Below are positions 62,137 through 64,000 of a stretch of 64,000 nt of DNA, piece after piece. The first letter of the stretch is position 1. Each line of letters begins with the position of its first letter. The notes under the pieces are model-generated. The model was given only the letters and a program-made list of their open reading frames with translations, did not search any database and was not told the DNA's origin. This stretch comes from Octopus sinensis (Eukaryota), in the NCBI RefSeq assembly GCF_006345805.1, contig NC_043000.1:124248001-124312000 (forward strand). Reading direction: 5' to 3'. The position numbers were made by a program, and so were the translations under genes.

Positions 62137-64000
62137 TATAGCTACTCCTTATCCATGCTGCCTTTTCAAAGATATATATATATATACACACACACACACA
62201 TACATATTCTAGGTCATGCCTTCATTTGTTCTAAGCAATTCTTTACTGACGCTTAAATTTGGACATTATCGTTTATTTCTGTTATACCCCTGATATTGAT
62301 ATCACATTTCTAATCTTGCTACAGATCTGTGAAATAAACATTTTATACCAATTTCTATGACTCTTACATAGTTAGGTTGGTTGACAAACTATAAATAACA
62401 TCCAAATATCCTTGAAGTCATACCCTGCCAACATAAAAAAGATGGCACAATAAATAGTGTAATCACCAATATACTTTGCCTAGAAAAAAAAATGGGATGG
62501 TTAAGGCTTGAATGCCTTTAGATTTACTCAAACATAGCTGACCTGAGGCACAAAGCAAGAGCAACTCTATAATTGTTTCAATTTAAAAGCAATGATAAAA
62601 ATAGATATTTACATATCGTTGCCAGTACTGCCTGACTGGTCGTCTTGCCGGTGGCACATAAAAAGCACCCACTACACTCTCAGAGTGGTTGGCATTAAGG
62701 AAGGACATCCAGCTGTAGAAACTTTGCCAGATCAGATTGCAGCCTGGTGCGGCCTTCTGGCTTACTAGCCCTCAGCCAAAACGTCCAACCCATGCCAGCA
62801 TGGAAAACAGATGTTAGACAACAATTTACAAAGAAATGACTGACAATGATTTCCAAGTTTAGGTTTACTTGCCATCAGTCACTCTCGCTCTCATATCTTA
62901 CTTGTTTTCAGTTATTAGACTGAAGGGTTTTAGTCAAACAAATTCACCTCAGTACTTATTTTTTGTTGCAAGTCGGGCTCTTATGCTATCAGTTTCTTTT
63001 GCTGAACTGCTAAGTTACAGTAATGTAAGCAAACCAATACAAAGACATACACATCATTTAACATACATTTTAAATGGTGATGATAATAATGATGAATGTG
63101 TGTGTGCACACACACACACACTCAATGAACTTCCACTCTGACTACAATCAACAATTTTTATGTTCAAAACTTAAAGTATCTCCTATTAGTTTACCACTTC
63201 TGTACATTCCTTAAATTACATGTCCTGCCCACTACTGATAACTGCAATATCAGCTAGATATCCACTACATGGTTTCAAAATATCCTGTTCTATAGGCATG
63301 CCATCCTAGACTTCATTAAGAAGCCATTTACTTCAACAAAAAAGGTCATGATATATTTTATGAGATTACTCTAAAGGTTTCTGCCCACAGTTTGTCACTT
63401 GTATTAACTCATACTTGTATCACTGCTTCTAACTTTCAGGAAACCCCTTCTAATCACACTATATATACAGCTTCCAAATTCTATATTAACTATATAAGCC
63501 TTCTGTTGTATCTTGGGAGGGTCATTATGCCAACACTACACCAGAACATACAAGTTCACATCAAGAATCTTGCAAACCAAATACAAAAACGAAACAAATC
63601 TTATCTTATAGAAAATCTCTCCCTTGAAGAAGAGAATCATTGTCTAAAACCACTTGTTAGTTTTAAAAGCAGAATTAATAAGGGTTATTTTGCTAATACA
63701 AAATCTAAGTGGAGATCAAACTTAGTGGTTTTTATGAGGACATTTTGCACACTTTCAATATGATTGACATTCATGGGGGTGATTTTGCTTTAAATTATTG
63801 CACATATGTAAATGTGATATGTTGATGAACTGGTGCAAAGTGAAAACAGTAGTCTATTTGATAGATGTATAATAAAATGCAAGAACAAAAACATGCAGTA
63901 AACACACACACACACAAAGATGTTAAGAAACAAAAACAGCCATGTGCTTTGTACCTCAACTTCTGATGACTGCTAAAATACTTGCATAAGACAACCTGGT

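Overview
AT-rich, intron-dominated animal genomic DNA. The repeat families look like those of a coleoid cephalopod, probably Octopus (inference from recognition, not a search). The window holds 12 consecutive coding exons of a Son of sevenless (SOS, Ras/Rac GEF) gene on the minus strand (48543 down to 683). They splice with canonical GT-AG and consistent phases into one open frame of about 539 aa covering the histone-fold, DH, PH and helical-linker regions. The first coding exon and the REM/CDC25 exons were not found in the window. Introns are filled with tRNA-derived SINEs, RTE, CR1 and I-clade LINE fragments, Tc1/mariner, Tigger and piggyBac MITEs, and microsatellites. Top observations: (1) a minimal type-I hammerhead ribozyme fold with a variant core (CUGUCGA) on the pre-mRNA strand about 140 nt upstream of a SOS acceptor; (2) a Gypsy RT active-site fragment bracketed by ~40-bp inverted repeats inserted next to the active-site motif of an RTE LINE; (3) a 33-bp near-perfect hairpin; (4) a SOS protein that looks unusually diverged. 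I see no evidence for a new multi-gene system; the best candidate for something undescribed is the variant hammerhead. Repeat boundaries are by eye and approximate unless TSD/TIR coordinates are given.
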